Assembly (NCBI GenBank): GCA_048938025.1
Contig: JBHLMP010000001.1
Span: 64,001-128,000, forward strand
Direction of reading: 5' to 3'
DNA: 64,000 bases
Source of the DNA: Promethearchaeota archaeon
GTDB taxonomy: Archaea; Asgardarchaeota; Lokiarchaeia; Sigyniarchaeales; SOKP01
The position numbers and the translations under genes were made by a program. Below are positions 49,117 through 59,656 of this stretch, piece after piece (the first letter of the stretch is position 1; the number at the start of each line of letters is the position of its first letter). The notes under the pieces were generated by a model. That model did no database searches. It had not been told where the DNA came from and was given only the letters and a program-made list of their open reading frames with translations.

Positions 49117-52100
49117 ATGGTTGAAAAGCAAAAAGATGAAACACTATTAGAAAAAGCACAGTTAGAAGAAAATAATTATAATTGGATAGAAGCAGCAAAG
49201 CTTTATGAGCAAATTTTAAATTACTTCTTGGAAAGGAATATGATTGATAAGGTTGCATTTGCTTATAAAAAATTGGGTTTTACTAATGTAATGGCCTCAG
49301 AAATGGCAGATTCACCCGTTGATTTAAGTAATAGGTGTAAAAATGCTATTGATGCCTATGATAAAGCAATAAAATTGTTTAATCAGATTGGTTCCAAGGA
49401 AGAAGAATTGGAGTGTATGGGAGATAAATTATATGCTCAGATATTTATTTCAACATCTAATGAAGAAATAAAGAATTCACTTAAAGATGCATTTAAAATC
49501 TTCCTTGAAGCTAGTGAATTATACTCTCAAAAAGGAGACAATGAAAGTAAAGCAAGAACTCTGAGTAGAGCTTTATTCTGCATAGGTTGGGTAATGAACT
49601 GTCTATCTGAAGAATCTGAATATGATCTTTTATATTACAAGTATTTAGATTTAATAGATAAAGCTTTGAAATCTGCGATAGAAGTAAAAAATGTCAGAGA
49701 CTTAGGTGAAGTAATATATGGCATTTTCCTCATTTGTTTCTTTCAAATCTATTTTAAGAATTTTAGAAAGGATGATGATTTTAAAAACATTATGATGAAT
49801 CTAAGAAAAAAAATTAATGATACCATAGATTTAATTGGAGATTCCGAGGATTATAGAGCACTTAGCATGATTTATTATACATATGGACAAATTTATTGTG
49901 GTTACGCATGTCATTTTATTAAAAATGAGATAGAACAGATAGATATGTCTATTAAAGGAATAAGTATACTTGAGAAAGCCTTAAATTATGCAAGAAAAGC
50001 TAATAATAACCATTTAATAACTGCATCAATATTCTTTATTGATTGGTGGGCTTTTTTCCAAAGAAGATTAAATTATGTTCAAAAGAGAATTTATGGTGAT
50101 GTCAATGAAATGTTAAAACTGAGTAAGATGGTGGGACATAATCACTATTGTTTCTATGCATTATTTTTACCAGTTTTTTATTATGCTAATATGTCTCAAA
50201 GAAGCTTCTTCACTATTCGTCAAAGAAAATCCTATGCTAAACAGGCTATTAAATATGCAAAAGAAGCCTTAAATTTAACCTCTAATCTACCTTACTCGGC
50301 ATGGCCTTATCAAATGTTAACATACAGTTATTCAGAATTAACACGTCTCTCCTCTTTAAAAGACGAACAGAATAAATATTCTGATAAAATGTTTGACTAT
50401 GCTCAGAAAGCAGTAGAAATTAGTAAGAATTATGAAGGTGGATTAATTCGTGCAACAGGTTATTCTTCTATGTATAGAGCATACAAAACTCTTGCAGATC
50501 TGACTTTGAATGAAGAAAATAAGATAAACATGTTATCCTCGGCTGCTGAAGCGGCAAAGGAATATTTAGAGTATACCCCAGAATCTTATACAGCAGAATT
50601 GATAGGACAAATCCGATTGGGATTATTATTAGAGGATATTGGTATAATCTCAGGAAAAATAGATTCTTTAGAACAAGCGAAGGAAATCTTTTATAACTTA
50701 CTTAATGAAAGCACCGAGAGTGGTCGTTATTCTTATGCTGCTGCTACAAGTGAATACATTGCTCGCATAGAGGATAGATTAGGAAATAATAAGTCTTCTG
50801 CTGAATTATATAATAAAGCTCGAGTTTTGTATTCTGAATCATTAAAAACTATTAAATATAAACCACTTAAAGAAAGGAGCAAAGAGAAAATACAATATGC
50901 GGAAGCTTGGGCATTAATAGAAACTGCTAAGTTATATCATAAAGAAGAGAATCATATTAGCGCAAAAGATTGTTATGAAAAGGCTTGTCAAATCCTGGGA
51001 AAATTACCTCGGTATAATTTTGAGGGTTCATATTATAATGCTTGGATTTATTTAGAAGAAGCAGAACATTTAAGTAAACAAGCAAAACATTCAGATGCTA
51101 TAGAAAAATTTGTTGCAAGTAGTAAATATTTCACTGATGCATTAAATGAATTGGATACAATTATAGAGAAATCCAAGGATAAAATGGAAATAGATCGTAT
51201 TAATAAATTGATTAACGTAGCAAAGATTAGAATTAATTATTCCAATGCTAGAGCGGATGTTGAAAATGCGAGGATTTTAGGGAAAAAGGGAGAGCATCTA
51301 ACTGCAGGAGAAAAATTTTCGGTTGCAGCTTCGCAATTTAAATACATATGCACTAAGTTTGAGTTAGAGAGAGAAAGAAAAGAATTAGAAGCAGTATATT
51401 ACCTTTGCAAAGCTTGGGAAAACATGGAACTAGCAGAAAATTCTGAAGATTTTCAAAGATATTCAAATGCGTCATCCTTATTTGATAAAGCCAGTAATTT
51501 ATTTATTGAAAACAAATTAAAAATGCTTTCTTTGGGTAATTCATCGTTTTGTCAAGCTTTAGAGCTTGGCTGCAAATTTGATGCAACAATTAAAACAGAA
51601 ATAAAAGCAGAAATATATACAAAAATCAAAATAATACTTAGAAAATCAGCTACTTATTATAATAAAGGTGGATTTGAAAGTGGAGCAGAGTGGGCATTAG
51701 CCACCTCTATATATTTTGATGCAAGTTGGCATTTAATTAGAGCAGATCAAGAAGTAGATCTTGAGGAAAAAAATAAACTTTTAGAAATAGGATCTGGGTT
51801 CCTTAAGTCTGCTGCTGAACTTTTCGCTAAAGCAGGTTATAAAAATAAAGAAAGAGAACTCCTAGAAAGTTTAGATATGGTATTGAAAGAGAAAAAAATA
51901 ATTCTGACTGCTTTAAATACAATAATACAACCTGCGATAACAAAAAGTACTGTTGGTATAATTGCCCCAGCTTGTCCTATTGAAACTAGTGAATCTCCAA
52001 AATTAAGTGAGGTGAGTAGTTATACACAAGAATATGATTCAGAAGAAATAAAAGAAGTAATTAAAGAGAAATATAAATTAATTTATAAAGATTTATTAAA

Positions 52101-52941
52101 AGGGCACCCTGAGAAGCAAATTGATAAAATAAGAGTGGGGGTTGCTCAAATAGGTACTTCTGCCACTGGAGATATATTAAATGAGTTTTATGATGAAAAA
52201 CCTCCTGGTCTATTAACTCTTAAAGACACGAAAGTAAATGAAATCAAATCAAAAATAAAAGAAATGGTTCAAAAAGCTTATCAAGCAAATGTGAATATTT
52301 TACTTTTTCCAGAAATGACAGTAGATCTTAAATATAAACAATTTCTTGATGATATTTCAAATCTTGCTAAAAAATATGAAATGTATATTATTCCTGGCTC
52401 ATATCATAATATTGAAGCAAAAAGTAATGTAAGCTCTATTATTGGTCCTGAAGGGATTCTCTGGCAACAAGAAAAACACATTCCTGCCCTTATAAGTCTT
52501 GAGGGAAGAAAATTTAAAGAAGGAATAAACACAAGTAATCTTCCTCGAAAAACATTTGTATGTAATACTAAATTTGGAAGAATAGTAATTGCAATTTGTC
52601 GCGATTTTCTTGATATGGATTTAAGAGTAGAATTGAAAAACTTCGAGCCCCCTATAGATTTAATTTTCAATCCAGCCTTTACACCAGTTACAGCTGATTT
52701 TAAAGCAGTTCATTTTGATGCGCGTAGGTCAATTTATGCATATACTTTTTTTGCTAATGTGGCAGATTATGGTGACTCTCTTATCTATACTCCAGAAAAG
52801 GAACGTACAGAAAGAGTCTTACCTGCAAAGGAGGTAAATATAATTTATAAGGACGTGGATCTCTTTAAACTGCGTTCAGAAAGGAAAAAATGGCAGAAAA
52901 TAAAAGAAGCTGAAACTCGATTTATTCAGAGTACGAGATAG
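49117..52941 (+). CDS. large TPR-like solenoid protein with C-terminal carbon-nitrogen hydrolase domain
   Basis: About 950 aa of helical repeats, then RVGVAQ, LFPE, QEKH and AICRDF (E-K-C triad). Confidence 0.8.
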   Translation: MVEKQKDETLLEKAQLEENNYNWIEAAKLYEQILNYFLERNMIDKVAFAYKKLGFTNVMASEMADSPVDLSNRCKNAIDAYDKAIKLFNQIGSKEEELECMGDKLYAQIFISTSNEEIKNSLKDAFKIFLEASELYSQKGDNESKARTLSRALFCIGWVMNCLSEESEYDLLYYKYLDLIDKALKSAIEVKNVRDLGEVIYGIFLICFFQIYFKNFRKDDDFKNIMMNLRKKINDTIDLIGDSEDYRALSMIYYTYGQIYCGYACHFIKNEIEQIDMSIKGISILEKALNYARKANNNHLITASIFFIDWWAFFQRRLNYVQKRIYGDVNEMLKLSKMVGHNHYCFYALFLPVFYYANMSQRSFFTIRQRKSYAKQAIKYAKEALNLTSNLPYSAWPYQMLTYSYSELTRLSSLKDEQNKYSDKMFDYAQKAVEISKNYEGGLIRATGYSSMYRAYKTLADLTLNEENKINMLSSAAEAAKEYLEYTPESYTAELIGQIRLGLLLEDIGIISGKIDSLEQAKEIFYNLLNESTESGRYSYAAATSEYIARIEDRLGNNKSSAELYNKARVLYSESLKTIKYKPLKERSKEKIQYAEAWALIETAKLYHKEENHISAKDCYEKACQILGKLPRYNFEGSYYNAWIYLEEAEHLSKQAKHSDAIEKFVASSKYFTDALNELDTIIEKSKDKMEIDRINKLINVAKIRINYSNARADVENARILGKKGEHLTAGEKFSVAASQFKYICTKFELERERKELEAVYYLCKAWENMELAENSEDFQRYSNASSLFDKASNLFIENKLKMLSLGNSSFCQALELGCKFDATIKTEIKAEIYTKIKIILRKSATYYNKGGFESGAEWALATSIYFDASWHLIRADQEVDLEEKNKLLEIGSGFLKSAAELFAKAGYKNKERELLESLDMVLKEKKIILTALNTIIQPAITKSTVGIIAPACPIETSESPKLSEVSSYTQEYDSEEIKEVIKEKYKLIYKDLLKGHPEKQIDKIRVGVAQIGTSATGDILNEFYDEKPPGLLTLKDTKVNEIKSKIKEMVQKAYQANVNILLFPEMTVDLKYKQFLDDISNLAKKYEMYIIPGSYHNIEAKSNVSSIIGPEGILWQQEKHIPALISLEGRKFKEGINTSNLPRKTFVCNTKFGRIVIAICRDFLDMDLRVELKNFEPPIDLIFNPAFTPVTADFKAVHFDARRSIYAYTFFANVADYGDSLIYTPEKERTERVLPAKEVNIIYKDVDLFKLRSERKKWQKIKEAETRFIQSTR

Positions 52942-52971
52942 AATAAATCAGTATTGCCTATATTTTAAGAA

Positions 52972-54261
52972 CTAATCAATTTTTGCACCACATACAGGAC
53001 AATTTTTTGGATTATGAAGTTGGAGTGTTGCACCACAAATTTTACAAAGTTTTACTGTTCCTCTTATTTTTGGAGGATTTAATGTTGTAATAGAAATCTG
53101 TTCTTTAATTTCAACCGAAGGTGTTAATTTTCTATCTGAAATCTGAGTTACTGATTCTTTTATCTTATTATTATTAACCTTTACTTCTATCTCTCTACCA
53201 AAAAACCCTCCTATTCGCACTTTTTTCTTCATGTCTGGTCGTGGAATAGAAGGAGGTTTTAAAGAATTTAACTCTATTTCTCCATATAGTTCTTGCTCCA
53301 ATTCTTCATCTCTATATTCTTCTTTAGATTGCTCAATTATAGGTTCTTCTCCTTGTTCTTCTTCATATATCATATTGACATATTCTTCGTCTAATTTTAG
53401 CAATGTTTGGCATTGAGGGCATCTAAAAATATGCATAAAACCTATATTTTTAGCAAGTGAGTATTTTGCCGCACAACAACTATGAAATTTAGTATTACAG
53501 TTAAAACATTTATGTATCTCGTCAGAATGAGCTTCACAAATTGGACAAACTTCTTGTTCACAGATCGTACAAATTTCTTCGTCATCAGGAGAGAGAGTAA
53601 TTAAATCTACTGCCAATTTTTCATAGAAAATTTGATCTTCTACTAAAATTTGATCTTCTTCATCAGTGTGAATTATTTTAAATTCCTTTTTGCTTTGAAC
53701 TAATGATCCAAGAATATTGTGGAAGAGTTTTTCATTAGTGCAATAAAAGGTCCCACCATGGGTTTCACTTGAAATTACTTTCAGTTTGACATCATCATCG
53801 TAGAATTTCTCGTCTCCAACTCGAATAATATCAATAAAAGCTGAAAATTTTTTTGCTTTAATCAACAAATCATAAAGAGCTAAATGATACTCCTCAGATA
53901 ATTTACTAGGAGTATCTGAAATAATTATAACACGATAATCTTTTCTAACTTTTTGACTTCTCTTAAAAATATAAGCAAGAATTTCATATAAGCCATTTTC
54001 TAAATAGCTATGTTCGACTTCACGAGTGTCCCATGCGTCATTTATAGTATTTAAAACTGTTTCTGTTTCCTTTAAGTCATAAGCAGTAATAGGATTATCT
54101 TCTTTTTGAAAAAATACTATACCATAAGAGCTTAAAGCATTAAATTTATTCTTTTCTTTAATAAATGCTCCTATAGCTTTCAGCAGTGGCTTTTTTTTTA
54201 GAAAACTCGTCGTTAAATCAATGTAAAATATGAATTCCTCAGAATTTATGGTTGTTAACAT
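52972..54261 (-). CDS. vWA + RING/PHD-like Zn finger + Zn-ribbon protein (Ssl1/p44-like)
   Basis: vWA strands FIFYIDLT, VIIISD, IDIIRV and ETHGG. Cys pattern CxxC-CxxC-CxxC-FHxxC-CPxC plus terminal CxxC..CPxC. Confidence 0.7.
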   Translation of the reverse strand: MLTTINSEEFIFYIDLTTSFLKKKPLLKAIGAFIKEKNKFNALSSYGIVFFQKEDNPITAYDLKETETVLNTINDAWDTREVEHSYLENGLYEILAYIFKRSQKVRKDYRVIIISDTPSKLSEEYHLALYDLLIKAKKFSAFIDIIRVGDEKFYDDDVKLKVISSETHGGTFYCTNEKLFHNILGSLVQSKKEFKIIHTDEEDQILVEDQIFYEKLAVDLITLSPDDEEICTICEQEVCPICEAHSDEIHKCFNCNTKFHSCCAAKYSLAKNIGFMHIFRCPQCQTLLKLDEEYVNMIYEEEQGEEPIIEQSKEEYRDEELEQELYGEIELNSLKPPSIPRPDMKKKVRIGGFFGREIEVKVNNNKIKESVTQISDRKLTPSVEIKEQISITTLNPPKIRGTVKLCKICGATLQLHNPKNCPVCGAKID

Positions 54262-54411
54262 TTTATCATCAAAGTCAATTCTAATTTATAAGATATTAAA
54301 AATTTATAAAAGAATAATAATAGAAATTGTATTTATTTTTATTTATATTATTAAAATCTTTATTTTTATATTAAAAAAAAGTATTATTAATAAGAATTTA
54401 ATAATTTCAAG

Positions 54412-55701
54412 TTATAATTTAGTTCCACATTTCGGACATTTGAATTGTTCATTCGATGTTATCTGAGTTCCACATTCCGGACAAAACCTAAAATGTAGTT
54501 CCTTTTTATTATCGTTTAAATGGCTATTTATTGATTCTTTGGATTCAGTGGGCTCTGTTTTTGAAGGAGGTTTTAAAGAACTTTTAGTAGTTTTTTCATA
54601 TACTATTTTATCTCCAAGCTTCTTCACTGTATAAACCTTTCCAAAGAACCCACCGATCCTAACGGTATTAGGTTTTTCTTCAGGTATTTGATCTTTTAGT
54701 GGAATATCTTCGTCAACTTCTTTTTTTTCTACAATTGATGATTCTTTAATATCTTGACTCTCTAAGGTTTTTTCTAATCCGTCTATTCCAATATAGTCAT
54801 TGGTGGAAGCTTGAACTATTAAATCTTGATTAATTTGAAGTAGAACATCACAATCTGGATTGGGGCATCTAAATATATGAGGTATACCGATATTGTGATG
54901 AATTGTATAATTTGTAACACAACACTGATGAAAGCTAGTGTTGCATGAATCACAAAATAAAGGAATATCACTAAGTTCTCCACAGATTGGACAGATTTCT
55001 TCATGACAGAAATGACACTTTAAACCTGTTGCATTAACAGGTTCTTTTAGTTTCCGAGCTAACTTATCATAAAAAGCAAAATCTTCTTTACTAATTTTTA
55101 TATGATCTGGTCGATCTGCAAAAATGCTGACTAGTGGTTTAGTTTTTACTAACTTTTTTATTACATCAGAAAACTCTTTTCTATCTTGTACATAAAAGAT
55201 TCCTCCCTTAGTATCACTTGCCAATACATTTAATTTTACATCGTCGCTAAAAAACCTAGTTCCCTTCTCAGAGATTCTTATAATGTCTATAAAAGTGGGA
55301 AAGTATTTTATTTTTGATACTAAATTAAATAATGCTTCTTGATATTCACTACCAAGATCACTAGGAGTATCTGTAATAATAATTATTCGGTTGTATTTTG
55401 ATTTTTTTCTTACTGTCTCAGCTATATAAGAGAAAATATAAAATAAACCATTTTCAAAATAACTTATCTTTTTGGGTCTAAACTTCCAATTTTCTTCAAT
55501 AGCATTAGTAATTATGCTAGCTTCTTTTTTATCAGTTATGAAAACAGGATTTCCTTTTTCTTGAAACATAAGAAGAGAATAATGACCCTTTATATTAGCT
55601 TTATTCTTTTCTTCAATATAATATTTAATAGTTTTTATAAGTTCTTTCTTTCTCAACATCTCCTTAGTTAAATCTAAGTAAAAATAAATATCTTCAGTCA
55701 T
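54412..55701 (-). CDS. vWA + RING/PHD-like Zn finger + Zn-ribbon protein, tandem paralog
   Basis: Same architecture; ATG 55701 follows GGTGTGA. Confidence 0.7.
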   Translation of the reverse strand: MTEDIYFYLDLTKEMLRKKELIKTIKYYIEEKNKANIKGHYSLLMFQEKGNPVFITDKKEASIITNAIEENWKFRPKKISYFENGLFYIFSYIAETVRKKSKYNRIIIITDTPSDLGSEYQEALFNLVSKIKYFPTFIDIIRISEKGTRFFSDDVKLNVLASDTKGGIFYVQDRKEFSDVIKKLVKTKPLVSIFADRPDHIKISKEDFAFYDKLARKLKEPVNATGLKCHFCHEEICPICGELSDIPLFCDSCNTSFHQCCVTNYTIHHNIGIPHIFRCPNPDCDVLLQINQDLIVQASTNDYIGIDGLEKTLESQDIKESSIVEKKEVDEDIPLKDQIPEEKPNTVRIGGFFGKVYTVKKLGDKIVYEKTTKSSLKPPSKTEPTESKESINSHLNDNKKELHFRFCPECGTQITSNEQFKCPKCGTKL

Positions 55702-55872
55702 TATTCTCACACCATATTCCAAACTTCAGTTAATTATTAATAATGATAAAGATAAAACCTCTTTAAAAACTTATTATAAAAGATAAATAAATAAAAAAAT
55801 AGTTATTAATAAAAAATCATATGGTTTATAAATTTATTAGTAGAATTCAAAAAAATTATGTGATATTTCAAT

Positions 55873-57843
55873 ATGGACAAATTTTTAAAACAATTAGGGC
55901 TCTCAAATGATACTATCGATATATATATTAAGTCATTAGGAAGAACCTCTCTTACATATTATGAACTCTACTCAATGGTTCCAAAAATTACTGAAGGGGA
56001 ATTCGAAAATAGCCTTAATGAACTTATAGACTCAGGACTAATAATTCAATTAATCCCTCAAAAACAGGAAATCCTTTTAAAGTATTTAACTATTCCTCCT
56101 TTTGGACCAATAATCGCATATTATGAGAACATTGATGCGAATTTAACAAACATTAAAAATTCAATTCAAGAATTAATAGCTAATTCATTAAAACAAATTT
56201 TTAAGAGTAATAGAATAGTTGATATGGATTCTGTTTTCACCGTTTTTCAAGAAATTAAAAAAGATATTGAAGAAGATAATATTATTCAAAAAAGAGAAAT
56301 TGAAGATATTTTTGAGGGTATGGAGGATCTGAATAAGCTTAAAAAGGAGCTTTCTGAAATTCATCAACAGATTAAAAGCATTATACAAACTCAATTTTCA
56401 GATCTATTAAAATTAATTTCAAATCTTAAAGATGATTTAACTAAAAAAATTAATTCATTAGAATTTAAGAAATATAAGAAAGAAATTATCGAGATAATTG
56501 AAGAATTATTTAAAGCAAGATTAGATGAGATAGTAGGAAATTTTATTAATAAATTACATAATCAAATAGGAGATGAGTTTAGTAATACAAATAAATCTAC
56601 TGATAATATTATGGAGTCTGTTTTTCAATATCGTGAAGATTTTAAAATGCTCCTCTTAAACATGTTAAATAATTTTGAAACAAAAATGAATACCATTTTC
56701 GGAATGATTAAAGATAATAAAGAAAATCTTGTAAATGACATTCAAGCCCTTGAAAGCAAGATCACGGAGAGTTTAAATGTTATAGTTAGAAATTCTATAA
56801 ATGAAGTCTCAAAATTAAATAAACCTATTGAAAGTGTAATGAAAAATAGTTTTGAGATGTTGATTTCTTCTGATAAGGCATTGATTAATGATATTTGGAC
56901 GATAAGGAGTGTAACTAATGTTAATGAAGAGATTCAAAAGTTAATAAATAACACAAATAAAACTCTTTTTCTTATTATTCCTAATCTTGAAAATCATTTA
57001 GCAATTGAACATTTTGGAAAACAATCTGGAAATTTGAAAATAAAGATCGCCTCTTCAGAAGCACACACTAATAGTCTTGTTAAGAAGTTAAAAAGTGTAA
57101 AAAATTTAGAGTATAAAACTCTGCAAAATGAAAATATAATTGCTTTAAAAGGGGATGATAATCATATCGTTATAGGATTAGTCCAAGATAATCAAAAAGA
57201 ACCTCTAGAAGATTTTATTGGATTTGGGAGTAATTTTAAACCCTTAATAAAGATATTCGAGCCTATTATAGATACTACATGGGCAGCAGCGTATTCAGAT
57301 ACTTATTATGCTACTCAACAAACAAAAATTCAAACAACAGCCCCCAAGAAAGTTGCTGCTATAAAACCTACAGTAATTAAGGAAGCAAAACCTATAACTC
57401 CTATAAAAACGGAGTCCATTAAAACTAAAGACATTCCGAAACAGATTAAGGAACCTATTAAAATTCAAGAGAAATCTACTCCAAAACCTCTAAAAGTCAC
57501 TACTGAATACTCAATACCTAAGGAGAAAATAACAGATTTAACTCAAAAACTAAAGAAAAATTTAACTATACTCCCGAAAGCTGGTGATGAAGCAGGTATG
57601 TTTATCAATGATGCCTTTAATAGTCTTATTTTGCAATTAAATAATTTAACGGGAGAGGACTTTAGTTTAGAGTTGCAAAAAATAGCGGACTTAATTTTAG
57701 AGAAAAAAGGTTTCTCAGTTATTTTACACCAATTAAGAAGTACTATAAATGAATACAAAAATCATTATAAATTGTTAAATAAAAATGAAAAAAATCAAAT
57801 AGTCGAATTTATTAATAATTGGAAGCAGAAATTATTTCAATAA
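55873..57843 (+). CDS. TrmB-like HTH + long helical/coiled-coil + PLD-like domain protein
   Basis: LKQLGLS....IY..L and L..L...GLI..Y..IPPF N-terminus, helical middle, LFLIIP/IKIAS domain, Pro/Lys/Thr linker and helical tail. Confidence 0.6.
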   Translation: MDKFLKQLGLSNDTIDIYIKSLGRTSLTYYELYSMVPKITEGEFENSLNELIDSGLIIQLIPQKQEILLKYLTIPPFGPIIAYYENIDANLTNIKNSIQELIANSLKQIFKSNRIVDMDSVFTVFQEIKKDIEEDNIIQKREIEDIFEGMEDLNKLKKELSEIHQQIKSIIQTQFSDLLKLISNLKDDLTKKINSLEFKKYKKEIIEIIEELFKARLDEIVGNFINKLHNQIGDEFSNTNKSTDNIMESVFQYREDFKMLLLNMLNNFETKMNTIFGMIKDNKENLVNDIQALESKITESLNVIVRNSINEVSKLNKPIESVMKNSFEMLISSDKALINDIWTIRSVTNVNEEIQKLINNTNKTLFLIIPNLENHLAIEHFGKQSGNLKIKIASSEAHTNSLVKKLKSVKNLEYKTLQNENIIALKGDDNHIVIGLVQDNQKEPLEDFIGFGSNFKPLIKIFEPIIDTTWAAAYSDTYYATQQTKIQTTAPKKVAAIKPTVIKEAKPITPIKTESIKTKDIPKQIKEPIKIQEKSTPKPLKVTTEYSIPKEKITDLTQKLKKNLTILPKAGDEAGMFINDAFNSLILQLNNLTGEDFSLELQKIADLILEKKGFSVILHQLRSTINEYKNHYKLLNKNEKNQIVEFINNWKQKLFQ

Positions 57844-57867
57844 CTTATATATCATAATATTGTTTTA

Positions 57868-58650
57868 TTATTGGGAAGTTTTTTCCACATTTCTAATCTT
57901 TATCTTATATATAAGAAATCCTCTGATAAAAAAAATGAATACAAATAGAAAACAACCAAGAAAAAATACTGAAACAACAATAGAAATTAAGTAATTGGGA
58001 TTCAGAATTCCAATGATCCCTAAAATTGGACACAGGGGGGCAACAATCAAGAAAGTAAAATAGACACTCTTATCTTTTTCACCAAACCTTATATAAGTAG
58101 TTATATTAAACCATCCGATTAATATCATGAAAAAAGGAATCAAATAAGAAGAAAGTGGGAGAAATGGATAATCTATACCTCCCATTGCAAATGCATAAAA
58201 GTAATTTGCATAAAAAAAAGTAATTAAGGATAAAGCACTTAACGGAGTAGGCACCCCGGTATAACCTGGAATTTTAGAAATATTAAATCTTGCTAACCTG
58301 AGTATCGCTCCTAATGCGAAACAAATAGAACCAATCACTATGAAAATGTCTATATATCCACCTGTTTTAAAAGCTTGATAAGTTAAGACTGCGGGAGTTA
58401 TCCCAAAAGTTAAAGAATCGCTTAAAGAATCCAATTGCTTACCCATTTCGTTTATTGTACCTGTTTTACGAGCAATATAACCATCTATAAGATCTGTCCC
58501 AAGTGTTATAGATATAAGAAAAAATCCTAAAGATAGAAATTCATGAGTTCCTATACATGCGCATACCAATGCTATAAAACCAAGTGTAGTACCGATAAGC
58601 GTTATAAAATCTTTGAATTTCAATAAATTAGGGATACTTGGGGTCTCCAT
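57868..58650 (-). CDS. CDP-alcohol phosphatidyltransferase (PssA/archaetidylserine synthase-like)
   Basis: DLIDGYIAR....GKQLDSLSD, RLARFN and YTGVPTP motifs. Confidence 0.88.
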   Translation of the reverse strand: METPSIPNLLKFKDFITLIGTTLGFIALVCACIGTHEFLSLGFFLISITLGTDLIDGYIARKTGTINEMGKQLDSLSDSLTFGITPAVLTYQAFKTGGYIDIFIVIGSICFALGAILRLARFNISKIPGYTGVPTPLSALSLITFFYANYFYAFAMGGIDYPFLPLSSYLIPFFMILIGWFNITTYIRFGEKDKSVYFTFLIVAPLCPILGIIGILNPNYLISIVVSVFFLGCFLFVFIFFIRGFLIYKIKIRNVEKTSQ

Positions 58651-58801
58651 TCTCTTTTCCTAATTAATTTATTATGTATTAATTAAGCCTTATTGAATAA
58701 AAACATTTTCTTAAGAAATATGTAAGTCTCCGTTTCCTTAACTTTATAAAAGAGAGTTACCATTTTTAGCATAATAATTTATAAAAAAAAATTTGATTCC
58801 A

Positions 58802-59497
58802 ATGTATTGTAATATTTGTGGAGCGGAAATAAAAGACCCTAATCAAAAATTTTGTGAAAGTTGTGGAAATGAGCTTCCACCTAAAGCTATTTCTGAACAA
58901 GGATCAGCACAAACAACGGTAACTCCGACTACAATGCCCCAACATCGCCCTGGTGGGCTGTTTGACATTAACCGGAATTATTACATCCTTAAAGAAAAGT
59001 ATTGGGACTGGGGAAGCGGTGATATCTTAGATGAGAATAATCAAATGATCGGTAGAATGAAAAGAGTTATCTTAAGCATAAGACGTAGAGTTGAACTTCA
59101 AGAAGTTGATGGTACAATTTCAGCTACAATTCATGCTAAACTTGTATCTGCTCGTGGAGCTCAGGATTTGAAAACACCTAATGGACAATTGATAGCGAGA
59201 ATTAAGAAGAAGATTTTATCGCTTTTTCGGCCAGTCTTTTATTTGGAGGCTCCTGATGGTACTCAATGGTATAGAGCACAAGGTAAACTGATGGGATGGT
59301 CCTATAAAGTATATGATGTCTCAACAGGAAAAACAATCGCTGAAATCGAGAAAGCTGATAAATGGAGAGACATTTTTCTTGGTGGATTATTAGATTTTAA
59401 GGACACATATGCGTTAAAAATACTAGATAATGAAACTGATCGAAGGATTTTACTTGGCTTTGTCTTATCAATAGATAATATACTACACGATTATTAA
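58802..59497 (+). CDS. zinc-ribbon + LURP-one/scramblase (Tubby-C-like) protein
   Basis: YCNICG..KFCESCG, repeated beta-hairpin units (DG..IA.I.KK), DTYAL.I and a terminal hydrophobic helix ending ID. Confidence 0.8.
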   Translation: MYCNICGAEIKDPNQKFCESCGNELPPKAISEQGSAQTTVTPTTMPQHRPGGLFDINRNYYILKEKYWDWGSGDILDENNQMIGRMKRVILSIRRRVELQEVDGTISATIHAKLVSARGAQDLKTPNGQLIARIKKKILSLFRPVFYLEAPDGTQWYRAQGKLMGWSYKVYDVSTGKTIAEIEKADKWRDIFLGGLLDFKDTYALKILDNETDRRILLGFVLSIDNILHDY

Positions 59498-59656
59498 TTC
59501 CTAATAATTTCATTATTTTTTTTATTCTTTTTTCCATAATATGTTTATAATTAAAAAAATTTTTATTAATGTATTTCAATATTTTCTTTAAAAGAACTTT
59601 ATTCCATAGAAATAGATTTTTAATTTTTGTAGTATTTCTATAGATGAGAAATCAAT

